From Candidatus Agathobaculum intestinigallinarum (lineage in GTDB: Bacteria; Bacillota; Clostridia; Oscillospirales; Butyricicoccaceae): DNA of 41,708 bases. Position numbers and translations under genes: made by a program. Where the stretch lies: contig DWWW01000068.1 in assembly GCA_019119515.1 (NCBI GenBank), positions 1 to 41,708 on the forward strand, in the 5' to 3' direction. Every line of letters begins with the position of its first letter. Positions within the stretch are counted from its first letter, which is position 1. This document shows, in pieces, positions 28,283 through 36,714 of the stretch. The notes beneath the pieces are model-generated. The model was not told where the DNA came from and made no database searches. It saw nothing but the letters and a program-made list of their open reading frames with translations.

Positions 28283-28321
28283 GCAAAAAAGCAGGCTTCT
28301 TTGCGAAGCCTGCTTTTTTGC
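28283..28321. terminator. Bidirectional terminator between convergent DUF815 and htrA
   Basis: GCAAAAAAGCAGGCTTC-tttgc-GAAGCCTGCTTTTTTGC. Confidence 0.9.
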
Positions 28322-28336
28322 ACTTATCTTATGGTT

Positions 28337-29905
28337 TTATCTGCCGAAGAAGTAGTAGAACGGGTTCTGATCGTACTGGGAATAGCCGTTTTCGCCCTGT
28401 CCCTGCCCGGTCTCGCTCTGGGTGGCCGTGCTGTCATCGGACAGATCGTGCTGATCGGTCAGCGTGATCGTCAGGTCGATGAACTTGCCCGCGGACATGC
28501 GGTAAACCGTGATATCCAGCTTGTCGCCCGCCTTCATCTCTTCCTTGACGGCGTTGATCTCATCCATCGTGGTGATCTCGTTGCCCTCGACCGCGGTGAT
28601 GATATCGCCGGCGAGCAGGCCTTCGTTGGCGGCGTTTGCACGCTCGTCAACCGAGTAGACGTAAACGCCCTGCGGCACATTGGCGCTCATGGCTTCCTGC
28701 GCGGTCAGGTTGCGGCCCGTGATGCCGAGCGACGGGCGGCCTGCGACATAACCGTTGGCAATCAGCTCGTCAACGATCTCCTTGGCGTTGTTGATCGGGA
28801 TCGCGAAGCCCATGCCCTCGATCGAGGTATCGCTGAACGCGCTGCTGGACAGCTTGGCGGAGGTGATGCCGACCACCTGACCGTACTTGTTGATCAGCGC
28901 GCCGCCCGAGTTGCCGGGGTTGATGGAAGCATCGGTCTGGATCAGGGTCATGACGCGGTCGTTGATGGTCACATCGCGGTTGATCGCGGAGATGCGGCCG
29001 CCGGTGATCGTGTTGGCGAACTGGACGCCGCCGGGCGAGCCGATCGCATACGCATACTCACCGGGCTGGAGTGCATCCGAGTCGCCGAACTCCGCCGCGG
29101 TCAGCTCGCTTTCCGGCTCCACCTTGAGCACCGCAAGGTCGCTCTGCTCATCCATGCCGACGACCTCGGCCTGCAGCTGGGTGCCGTCGCTCAGCTGGAC
29201 GGTCACCTGATCCGCATCCACCACAACGTGCTGGTTGGTGATGATGTAGCCGTCCGAGCTCATGATCACGCCCGAACCGCTGCCCACGCCGCTCGCCGTG
29301 GTCGAGATGACCGACACGATCGACGGGCTGACCTTTTTATAGATCTCCTCGCCCGCCAGGCCGTTGACCACGTCGTAATTGTCCGGGTCAAGCTCCGGGA
29401 CGCTGCTGATCTGTACGGTGGGCGTGTCGCCGGTCGAGGCGCTCGCGCTGACCGCGCTGCTGCCGTCGCCCGAGACCAGATGCCCGATGAGGGCGCCGCC
29501 TGCAAACAGCAGGCACGCCGCCGCCACGCTGCACAGGCCGATCGCGACCGCCTTGCCGTGCTTCTTTTTCTTCGGCGGCTGCATCGGCGGCTGCTCCCCA
29601 CCAAACACCGTCTGAGACGGCTGCGGTGCCGCGTCAAATGCGTCCGCACGCGGCGGCTGGTATTCCGGGTGCTGCACCGGCGTCTGGTACGGGGTGCGCG
29701 GCTCCTCAGGCTGCTGCGCCGCCGGTTCCTGTGCCGGCTGTTCCTGCGTCGGCTGCTGCGCCGCGGCCTGCTGCGGCTGTTCGTCTGCAAACGGCTGCTC
29801 CGCCGCCTGCGGCTGGGATTCGGTATTCTGTTCTGCCGGCTGCTGCGGCTGCATATTATAATCGCCGCTCTGTTCCGGCGTATTGCTGTTTTTAAAGTCG
29901 TCCAT
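28337..29905 (-). CDS. htrA: HtrA/DegP serine protease with PDZ domain
   Basis: TNQHV, DLAV and INPGNSGG catalytic triad motifs; TM anchor after a Q/P-rich N-terminus; C-terminal PDZ. Confidence 0.94.
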   Translation of the reverse strand: MDDFKNSNTPEQSGDYNMQPQQPAEQNTESQPQAAEQPFADEQPQQAAAQQPTQEQPAQEPAAQQPEEPRTPYQTPVQHPEYQPPRADAFDAAPQPSQTVFGGEQPPMQPPKKKKHGKAVAIGLCSVAAACLLFAGGALIGHLVSGDGSSAVSASASTGDTPTVQISSVPELDPDNYDVVNGLAGEEIYKKVSPSIVSVISTTASGVGSGSGVIMSSDGYIITNQHVVVDADQVTVQLSDGTQLQAEVVGMDEQSDLAVLKVEPESELTAAEFGDSDALQPGEYAYAIGSPGGVQFANTITGGRISAINRDVTINDRVMTLIQTDASINPGNSGGALINKYGQVVGITSAKLSSSAFSDTSIEGMGFAIPINNAKEIVDELIANGYVAGRPSLGITGRNLTAQEAMSANVPQGVYVYSVDERANAANEGLLAGDIITAVEGNEITTMDEINAVKEEMKAGDKLDITVYRMSAGKFIDLTITLTDQHDLSDDSTATQSETGQGQGENGYSQYDQNPFYYFFGR

Positions 29906-29936
29906 TGTGATGGCCTCCCTTTGAGTTTGTGCCTTT

Positions 29937-29990
29937 ATTCTAATGCCCCATTGTGGCAGTTTGTTGAAAACAATATGAATAATTTTTGAA
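29937..29990 (-). promoter_or_regulatory. htrA promoter with 11-bp-periodic direct repeats (candidate OmpR-family site)
   Basis: Minus strand TTCAAA-N5-TTCATA-N5-TTCAAC-N5-GCCACA upstream of -10 TAGAAT (29942-29937). Confidence 0.55.
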
Positions 29991-30016
29991 CTTCAATCCC
30001 CGCCCAATCTCCGCGC

Positions 30017-30046
30017 AAAGACCGCCGCCCGAAGGCGGCGGTCTTT
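30017..30046 (-). terminator. Terminator after the histidine kinase
   Basis: AAAGACCGCCGCC-cgaa-GGCGGCGGTCTTT. Confidence 0.75.
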
Positions 30047-30059
30047 GATATGCGCTGTT

Positions 30060-31514
30060 TTATTGCTTGGTGTTCGGCAGCTGCGGCGGGGCAAGCGGCA
30101 GGGTGAACTCGAATTCGGTCTCGCCGCCGTCCGACCGGACGGAGATCTCGCCGCCGTGCAGGTTGATGATGTTCTTAACGATATACAGCCCCAGACCCGC
30201 GCCGGTCTTATCCATCGAGCGCGACCGGTCAGCCTTGTAGAAGCGGTCGAACACATGCGGCAGGTCCTCTGCCGAGATGCCTGCGCCCGTATTGCTGATC
30301 GAGAACGCGCAGAACGCGCCCTCCGGATGCGCACGCAGGCACAGCCGCCCGCCCTCGTTGATAAACTTGACCGCATTATCCACCAGATTATACACCGCGC
30401 GGTACAGGTGGTCGACGTCTCCCATCACGATCAGGCGCTCGCCGACCTCGCAGTCGACCTCGAGCTTCTTTGCCTCGATCTTCTGCTCAAAGGACAGCAG
30501 GATCTGCGTGGTCATCTCGGAGAAGTCGAGCGGCGCCGGGTTGAGGATCAGCTCACCCGACTGGATCTTCGCCGCGTCCAGCATGCGGTTGACCATGCGC
30601 GACAGACGGCGGGTCTCCTCGGCGATGATGTGCAGGTACTTATCCCGCTGGTCGGCGGGGATGGTGCCGTCGATCATGCCCTCGACAAAGCCGCCGATCG
30701 TGGTCATCGGGGTCTTGAACTCATGGCTGACGTTGGAGATGAACCCGCGCGTCAGCTCCTCGAGCTGGTCGAGGTCGCGCGCCATGTTGTTGAAGGACAC
30801 GGCCAGCTCGTCGATCTCGTAGCACCGGTTGTCCTCCGGCACGCGCACCTCGAAGTTGCCGGCTGCGAACTCCTTGGCCGCCGCCGCGATCACCTTGAGC
30901 GGGCGCGTCATATGCTGGGACAGGATGAACGAGATGATCAGCGCCACCACGAGCGTCACCATCAGGATGAGCACCAGCGTCTGCGTCGAATGGCGCACCA
31001 CGCCTGCCGCTGCGGCGTCCTGCGTGTAGACGAACACCATCGCGCTGATCGACCCGCTGTCGTCCGACACGCCCGTACCCACGGTGTAGCTCGAGCGGTC
31101 GGTCAACACGCCGAGCTGGCCGACCTCGGCATAGCTGCCAGTCGCGCGCACCTGCCGCGTGACCGCCGCAGGCATCATGTACTGCGGGCTGTACTCGATC
31201 ACCGAGCCGCTCGGGTCCGCGACCATCTGGATCACGCCCTCCTCGTCGGTGACGCAGACCGTGATCGCATCCTCCTTGGCCACGCGGCCGATGGAGAGCA
31301 TATAGATCTCGCGGATGATGTCCGAGTCCGTGCCCTGCATCAGCTTGGTCTGCTCGGCCAGACTCTGCACGGTCGTGCGCAGCTCTGCCTGCTTGGAGGC
31401 GAGCGCATAGTTGCTCATCTGGTAATAGAACACACCGCCCGCCACCGCGAACGCGCACACGATCAGCAGCAGGTGCATCACATAGTTTTTAAAGAAAAAG
31501 CTGCGTCTGCCCAT
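30060..31514 (-). CDS. Sensor histidine kinase (2 TM, HAMP, HisKA, HATPase)
   Basis: SHEFKTPMT, NLVDNAVK, FDRFYK and GAGLGL boxes. Confidence 0.95.
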   Translation of the reverse strand: MGRRSFFFKNYVMHLLLIVCAFAVAGGVFYYQMSNYALASKQAELRTTVQSLAEQTKLMQGTDSDIIREIYMLSIGRVAKEDAITVCVTDEEGVIQMVADPSGSVIEYSPQYMMPAAVTRQVRATGSYAEVGQLGVLTDRSSYTVGTGVSDDSGSISAMVFVYTQDAAAAGVVRHSTQTLVLILMVTLVVALIISFILSQHMTRPLKVIAAAAKEFAAGNFEVRVPEDNRCYEIDELAVSFNNMARDLDQLEELTRGFISNVSHEFKTPMTTIGGFVEGMIDGTIPADQRDKYLHIIAEETRRLSRMVNRMLDAAKIQSGELILNPAPLDFSEMTTQILLSFEQKIEAKKLEVDCEVGERLIVMGDVDHLYRAVYNLVDNAVKFINEGGRLCLRAHPEGAFCAFSISNTGAGISAEDLPHVFDRFYKADRSRSMDKTGAGLGLYIVKNIINLHGGEISVRSDGGETEFEFTLPLAPPQLPNTKQ

Positions 31515-31518
31515 AGGC

Positions 31519-32199
31519 TCACTCCTTGGTCTCGAATTTATAGCCTACGCCCCAGACGGTTTTGAGTTCCCACTTATCCGAAACGCCCTCGAGCTTTTCG
31601 CGCAGGCGCTTAACATGTACGTCCACCGTGCGGGTGTCGCCGAAGTAGTCAAAGCCCCATACGTCGTCCAGCAGCTGCGCGCGGGTGAACACGCGGTTGG
31701 GGCTGGAGGCGAGGTAGTACAGCAGCTCGATCTCCTTGGGCGGCGCGTCCACGCGCTTGCCCTTGATGACCAGGTCATACGCCTGCTTGTCGATCACGAG
31801 GTTGTCGAAGGACAGCTTCTCGGGCGCGTCGTCCGGCGCCATGCGGCGGAACACCGCGCGCACGCGCGCGATGACCTCAGGCATCTCGAGCGGCTTGACG
31901 ATATAGTCGTCCGCGCCCATCTCGAGGCCGGAAACGCGGTCCGCGGTCTCACCCTTGGCGGTCAGCATGATGATCGGCACATCGCTTTCCGCGCGGATCT
32001 CCTTGCAGACCGCCCAGCCGTCCATCACCGGCATCATCACGTCGAGCAGCAGCATATCCGGCTTTTCGGATTTCCACAGCTTGATGCCCTCCACGCCGTT
32101 CTCCGCCTCGATGACAGCATAGCCCTCGCGCTCGAGGTACAGGCGCAGCAGCTCGCGGATATTGGCTTCGTCTTCTACGATCAATATTTTCTTGGGCAT
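31519..32199 (-). CDS. OmpR/PhoB-family response regulator
   Basis: IVEDE, LLDVMMP, GADDYIVKP, RTVDVH..RLR and TVWGVGY motifs. Confidence 0.96.
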   Translation of the reverse strand: MPKKILIVEDEANIRELLRLYLEREGYAVIEAENGVEGIKLWKSEKPDMLLLDVMMPVMDGWAVCKEIRAESDVPIIMLTAKGETADRVSGLEMGADDYIVKPLEMPEVIARVRAVFRRMAPDDAPEKLSFDNLVIDKQAYDLVIKGKRVDAPPKEIELLYYLASSPNRVFTRAQLLDDVWGFDYFGDTRTVDVHVKRLREKLEGVSDKWELKTVWGVGYKFETKE

Positions 32200-32289
32200 A
32201 TTTTATCCCCTGCTTTCCCATAGTCTGTTTCCATTATACCGCTGATTTCCCAAAAAAGCATTAACAATCTGTAAAAGCGCGCCCGGCGA

Positions 32290-32318
32290 TTGTGCGCGCC
32301 GCGCGGACATGCTATAAT
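32290..32318 (+). promoter_or_regulatory. Sigma-A promoter for trmO; the divergent -10 for the regulator is at 32233-32238
   Basis: TTGTGC-17 nt-TATAAT with TGn extension. Confidence 0.6.
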
Positions 32319-32348
32319 CGAAGCATCCCGAAACAAGGAGGCCCTTCC

Positions 32349-33041
32349 ATGCCCCAAACCATCCCCATGCACATCATCGCGCGCATCCGCAGCGATTTCC
32401 CGACCAAGTTCGGCATCCCGCGCCAGAGCGGGCTGGCGGACGCGCCCGCGCGCATTGTTTTTGAGCCCGAGTTCCGCAACGCCGACGCGCTGCGCGGCAT
32501 TGACGGCTATTCGCACCTCTGGCTGCTCTGGCATTTTTCCGAGGCCGAACGCGAGGGCTGGTCGCCCACCGTGCGCCCGCCCAAGCTCGGCGGCAACAGG
32601 CGCATGGGCGTGTTCGCCACGCGCTCGCCCTTCCGCCCGAATGCGATCGGGCTTTCGTCCGTCCGGCTGGACCGGGCCGAACTGCACACGCCCGATGGTC
32701 CGGTGCTGCACATCGCGGGCGCCGACCTGATGGACGGCACGCCGATCCTGGACATCAAGCCCTATCTCGCCTACACGGATGCACACCCGGACGCCGCGGG
32801 CGGCTTTGCCTATCAGGTTTTGCAGCGCACGCTGCCCGTGGACTGCCCGCCCGACCTGCTCGCGCGCCTGCCGGAGGACCGGCGGGAGGCACTGCTCTCC
32901 GTCCTCGCGCAGGACCCGCGCCCGGGCTATCAGGACGAGCCGGACAGGTTGTACGGCTTCCCGTTCGCAGGCTTCGAGGTTCGCTTTTCGGTCTCGGACG
33001 GCCGCCTGACGGTCGTTGATATCGAACCTGCGGAGGGATAA
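32349..33041 (+). CDS. trmO: tRNA t6A37 N6-methyltransferase TrmO (TsaA)
   Basis: KFGIPRQ, GVFATRSPFRPN, DGTPILDIKPY and QDPRP motifs; ATG at 32349 after AAGGAGG. Confidence 0.93.
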   Translation: MPQTIPMHIIARIRSDFPTKFGIPRQSGLADAPARIVFEPEFRNADALRGIDGYSHLWLLWHFSEAEREGWSPTVRPPKLGGNRRMGVFATRSPFRPNAIGLSSVRLDRAELHTPDGPVLHIAGADLMDGTPILDIKPYLAYTDAHPDAAGGFAYQVLQRTLPVDCPPDLLARLPEDRREALLSVLAQDPRPGYQDEPDRLYGFPFAGFEVRFSVSDGRLTVVDIEPAEG

Positions 33042-33060
33042 CTACCTGCTTGCCAAACAC

Positions 33061-33330
33061 AAAACCGCCCCGGATATTCCGGGGCGGTCAGCTTTGCCGA
33101 AAAAGTTTTTCGCGCCGCAGCGCGCATCGCGCATTTAATAGCCGCTCTGTGAGCGGCATCGCAAAATCGAGCTTTGCCCGATTTTGCGATACAAACCGAT
33201 CAAAAGGGTGCATTTTCGCACCCTTTTGTATCGGAACTTCGCTTGAAACTGTAGTTTCAAGCGAGAGAATGTTCGAAAAACTAAGTTTTTCGAACATTCT
33301 CAAAAACCGCCCCGGATATTCCGGGGCGGT
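33061..33330. mobile_element. MITE-like modular palindromic element, copy D, flanked by a 28-bp direct duplication of a terminator
   Basis: AAAACCGCCCCGGATATTCCGGGGCGGT at 33061-33088 and 33303-33330; interior hairpins are shared with copies A, B, C and E. Confidence 0.7.
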
Positions 33331-33352
33331 TTTTCTGTGCTGTATTTGAATC

Positions 33353-35227
33353 TTACAGGTTGGTCGGGGTGATCGCTTCGAAGTCCTCGAGCTTGCCGCC
33401 GCGCAGGAAGCAGTCGATGATCTCCTTGCCGCGCGGGTCGAGGTCGGGTGTATCGAACTTCGCCAGCTCCTTGCGGAAGAAGTCGGTCAGGATCTTCGCA
33501 CCGGCGTCGTAGCCTTCGGTGCCGACGCGGTCCTGCGTGTCCACGCGCAGGTACTTGGAACGGATGCGCTGGCCGTCGATGGTCATGTCCTTCATCGCGT
33601 AGCCGAGCAGCGGGCAGCGGGCCGGCTCGAGATGCTCGCGGCGGATGCGCGCGCCGCCGTGACGGGCAAGGTATTCGCGGCTGATCCACTCGGCCGCAAA
33701 ACCGACCTTGTACACGCCGATGTGCTGGTTCGGGATGAGCACATAACGGGTGTTCGGGCAGTCCATGATCTGATCGAGCAGCAGGTTGGCCTGCTTGACG
33801 CGCTGGCCGGTTGCGAACGGCCAGTAAGAGCCGACGCCCTCGCTCTTGAGCTCGTTGCCGGTCACGATGGACGGGTTATTGAAGCCGCGCGGCGCAACCA
33901 GACGCCACAGCCAGGCGAGTGCGGGCGGGATGATGTGCATCATGCCCATGATGCCGTAGTTCGGGTTCTCGCGGGTCGTGGGGGGCATGCGCACGCCGAA
34001 CGAGCGCACGTCGACCTCCACAGGCTCCTTGACGATATGCGGGATATCCCAGCGCGGCACGATCGCACGCGGGTTGGAGCAGGGCTTGCCGTTGGAGTCC
34101 AGCGTGTGCTCCCAGATCAGCAGGGTCGCGCCCGCATGGCCCTCCATGTTGAAGAAGCACAGCGGCTCCTTGGGCTCGGTGCAGATGCGCTCATATACCG
34201 GGTCGCAGCCGTAGTGGGTGACGCCGTCCATGCGCAGGAACCAGCCGTCCTCACCATCGACCAGCACGAGCTTGCCGGACTTGTTCTGCAGCTGCGGGTA
34301 GCAGGTCGCCATATCGTCGCAAACCGGCTCGATCGAGCAGGTCGCGCCCATGTTGATATAGGTCTCCTCACCGGTCACGGTGTTGGTGGAGAGCAGCACG
34401 CGGCCCTCGGGGTCACGGGCAATGTCCTGCAGCATTTCGCTTTTGCCGCCGCCGGAAGCGCCCTCGTGCATGATGACCATTTCGTTCTCATACGGGGTTA
34501 CGAGACGGCCGCAGGAGGTATGCGCGGTGACCCAGCCCTCCTGCTCGCCGATGTCGAGCAGAACCGAGTATACGCCCTTCTTGGCGGACGGGCCGGGATA
34601 CAGGTTGTAGGAAAATACTTCGTGGCAGTCGTCCAGGCGGTTGTGCACAACGACCTGCTTGCCCTCGAAGTGGGTATGGCGGAACGGGGGCGCAACGTAA
34701 ACGATCGCGCGCGGCTTATAGCCCTCGCACTCCTCGGCGTTGACAAAGCCCTGCAGGTGCGCCAGCGCGAACGCGAAAAACGCGCACTGCTTGGGGCACA
34801 CGAGCATCGAGCCGTAGCCATAGATATTGCCGCCCGAGTTGAACGGCATCAGGATCAGTTCCTGTGTCTTGAACCAGTCCATCGTTTCCTTACGCAGGTC
34901 GGAGAACGGATAGCCGTAAACGTCCGCAAAGCGCTTTTTGTCGGTCGGCTTGTCGTCCGCAATGCGCATGCAGTCCGGCTCGCGGCGGCGCATATAGTCC
35001 TCCACGAAGTTGACCGAGGCGCCGTTCTTGCAGCGGGTCACGTCCGCCTCCTTGACCGCGCCCTTGCCGGGCACGTCGAACACGACATCGTAAACATCCA
35101 CGCGGTCGGGGCCGAAGACCATGTCATACAGCTCCGCCTTGCTGGTCGGCACGGATACGCTCTTGCAATGCTCGATGACATCGGTCAGCTCATCCGTAAA
35201 GGTGAATTTCGTCAGCAGAGAGTTCAT
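33353..35227 (-). CDS. DUF4914-family protein with PEP-carboxykinase-like motifs
   Basis: 624 aa; YPGPSAKKG, GWVTAH, GASGGGKSE, VCDD, EDGWF and SNPR motifs; GGAGG RBS. Confidence 0.8.
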   Translation of the reverse strand: MNSLLTKFTFTDELTDVIEHCKSVSVPTSKAELYDMVFGPDRVDVYDVVFDVPGKGAVKEADVTRCKNGASVNFVEDYMRRREPDCMRIADDKPTDKKRFADVYGYPFSDLRKETMDWFKTQELILMPFNSGGNIYGYGSMLVCPKQCAFFAFALAHLQGFVNAEECEGYKPRAIVYVAPPFRHTHFEGKQVVVHNRLDDCHEVFSYNLYPGPSAKKGVYSVLLDIGEQEGWVTAHTSCGRLVTPYENEMVIMHEGASGGGKSEMLQDIARDPEGRVLLSTNTVTGEETYINMGATCSIEPVCDDMATCYPQLQNKSGKLVLVDGEDGWFLRMDGVTHYGCDPVYERICTEPKEPLCFFNMEGHAGATLLIWEHTLDSNGKPCSNPRAIVPRWDIPHIVKEPVEVDVRSFGVRMPPTTRENPNYGIMGMMHIIPPALAWLWRLVAPRGFNNPSIVTGNELKSEGVGSYWPFATGQRVKQANLLLDQIMDCPNTRYVLIPNQHIGVYKVGFAAEWISREYLARHGGARIRREHLEPARCPLLGYAMKDMTIDGQRIRSKYLRVDTQDRVGTEGYDAGAKILTDFFRKELAKFDTPDLDPRGKEIIDCFLRGGKLEDFEAITPTNL

Positions 35228-35291
35228 CTGTTTGTTTCCTCCTTCTCACATCGCCGCGCTCTTCCCAAACCGCAGGCGATGTGCCCAAAAA

Positions 35292-35369
35292 CCTTGTTAA
35301 AAAAATCACGTTTAACAAGGCCAATTGTTCTTCATTTATAGCATACCGCAAAACAGCTGGCTGCGTCAA
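35292..35369 (-). promoter_or_regulatory. DUF4914 promoter plus downstream palindromic operator
   Basis: TTGACG-18 nt-TATGCT (35369-35340); palindrome CCTTGTTAAA-N9-TTTAACAAGG (35292-35320). Confidence 0.5.
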
Positions 35370-35479
35370 CTTGAATTTTGCAAAATTTGCAGGATTTTAG
35401 ACAACTTCTTGCAAAATGTACAAAACCGGACAGCCGAATTCAGCTGTTTTCCTTACATGGACAAGTGTGCGCCTGTGCA

Positions 35480-36661
35480 TCACCCGTCAAAATGCACGGT
35501 GATGCGCACCACCTCGCTGCGCGTACCCACGCGCATATCCGGGCCCCAGACGCCCAGCCCGGCGGTCACGACCGAGTGCATCTCCCCCACCCGCAGGCAG
35601 CCGCAGGGATTGTCCCAGATCAAGCCCATCAGCAGGTTGCCCGGGAACACCTGCCCGTCATGCGTGTGGCCGGACAGGTCGAGGTCCGCGCCCGCGGCGG
35701 CCAGCTCGTCCAGCTCCTTGGGCTGGTGGTCGATGACGAAAATAGGCTGCGCCGGGTCGAGGGGCCCGAGAAGCTGTTCCGGCGTCAGCCGGGCGTCATC
35801 CAGCTTGCGGCTGCGCGACGGGTCTTTCCGTCCGACAAGCTGCACCCCGTTTGCGAGCGTCACTTCCTCGTCTGCAAGCAGGGTCACGCCCGCCCGGGCG
35901 AGGAATTCGGTCATGCGCGGGTCGTCCTTGTCCGCGTCCGCCGTGTCCCAGGTAAAGCCCGCGAGGATAGGCTCGGAAACGTCGTGGTTGCCCCAGCAGG
36001 CAAAGGTGCCGTAGGGGCTCCTCAGGGAGGCGAGCGCCGCCGCGATGCGGTCGGGTTCGGGAATGGCCTCGTATTCGTTGTCAAAAATATCGCCCGCGAT
36101 CACGACAAGGTCGGGCTGCATATCGTTCACCGCCTGCACCGTCTGCTCGATATAGGCGGGATCGGTGTTATATCCAAGATGCAGGTCGGCGAGCAGCGCG
36201 ACCGTCATATCCTCGCCCGCGCCCTCTATCGTAACCTCATAATCGGTCACGCGCAGCGTATGGGCATTGACTGCACCGTATATGCACACCGCGCACACCA
36301 GCGCGAGCGCGATGCCGCCCTGCACCTGCCGCACGCGCTGCATCTGGACGAAGTCCCTGTGCCGCACCCGCCGCGCGACGAACAGCCCGATCTCCACCAG
36401 CAGGATCGCCAGCCCCAGATACAGCATGCAGCCGAACCAGTAATTGCCGATCTGCCGGAGAACGTGCCGCAGCGCAGCCGGCGAGCGCACCAGAAATCCG
36501 GTCAGCGGTGCGAGCGCGCAGAAGGCGTACAGGATGACAAAGAGCACGCGGAACGCCCGCGTGCCGAACAGCCGGTGGCAGCAGCCTGTCCACCGCAGCA
36601 CCCAGTGCAGCAAATACAGGTTGACCAATATGTAAAAAGGTGCGAAAATAAAGACAAGCAT
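35480..36661 (-). CDS. Membrane-anchored calcineurin-like metallophosphoesterase (YkuE-like)
   Basis: DLH, GDIFD, GNHD, HQP and SGHTH motifs; N-terminal TM helices. Start is ATG 36661 or TTG 36667. Confidence 0.9.
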   Translation of the reverse strand: MLVFIFAPFYILVNLYLLHWVLRWTGCCHRLFGTRAFRVLFVILYAFCALAPLTGFLVRSPAALRHVLRQIGNYWFGCMLYLGLAILLVEIGLFVARRVRHRDFVQMQRVRQVQGGIALALVCAVCIYGAVNAHTLRVTDYEVTIEGAGEDMTVALLADLHLGYNTDPAYIEQTVQAVNDMQPDLVVIAGDIFDNEYEAIPEPDRIAAALASLRSPYGTFACWGNHDVSEPILAGFTWDTADADKDDPRMTEFLARAGVTLLADEEVTLANGVQLVGRKDPSRSRKLDDARLTPEQLLGPLDPAQPIFVIDHQPKELDELAAAGADLDLSGHTHDGQVFPGNLLMGLIWDNPCGCLRVGEMHSVVTAGLGVWGPDMRVGTRSEVVRITVHFDG

Positions 36662-36714
36662 TATCAAAACTCCACAGCATTTGTCGAATTTTTAAAAAGG
36701 GGAAATTCTATTTT

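Noticed and set aside
29640-29860. CAG-rich repeats at the htrA 5' end
   Set aside because: They encode the ordinary Q/P-rich disordered cytoplasmic N-terminus of HtrA.
33050-33349. Small ORFs 33050-33349 and 33088-33303 sharing peptides with ORFs at 15354 and 17568
   Set aside because: Shared peptides (KLDF.MPLTERL, ETVVS) reflect the DNA repeat modules; no RBS or consistent frame.
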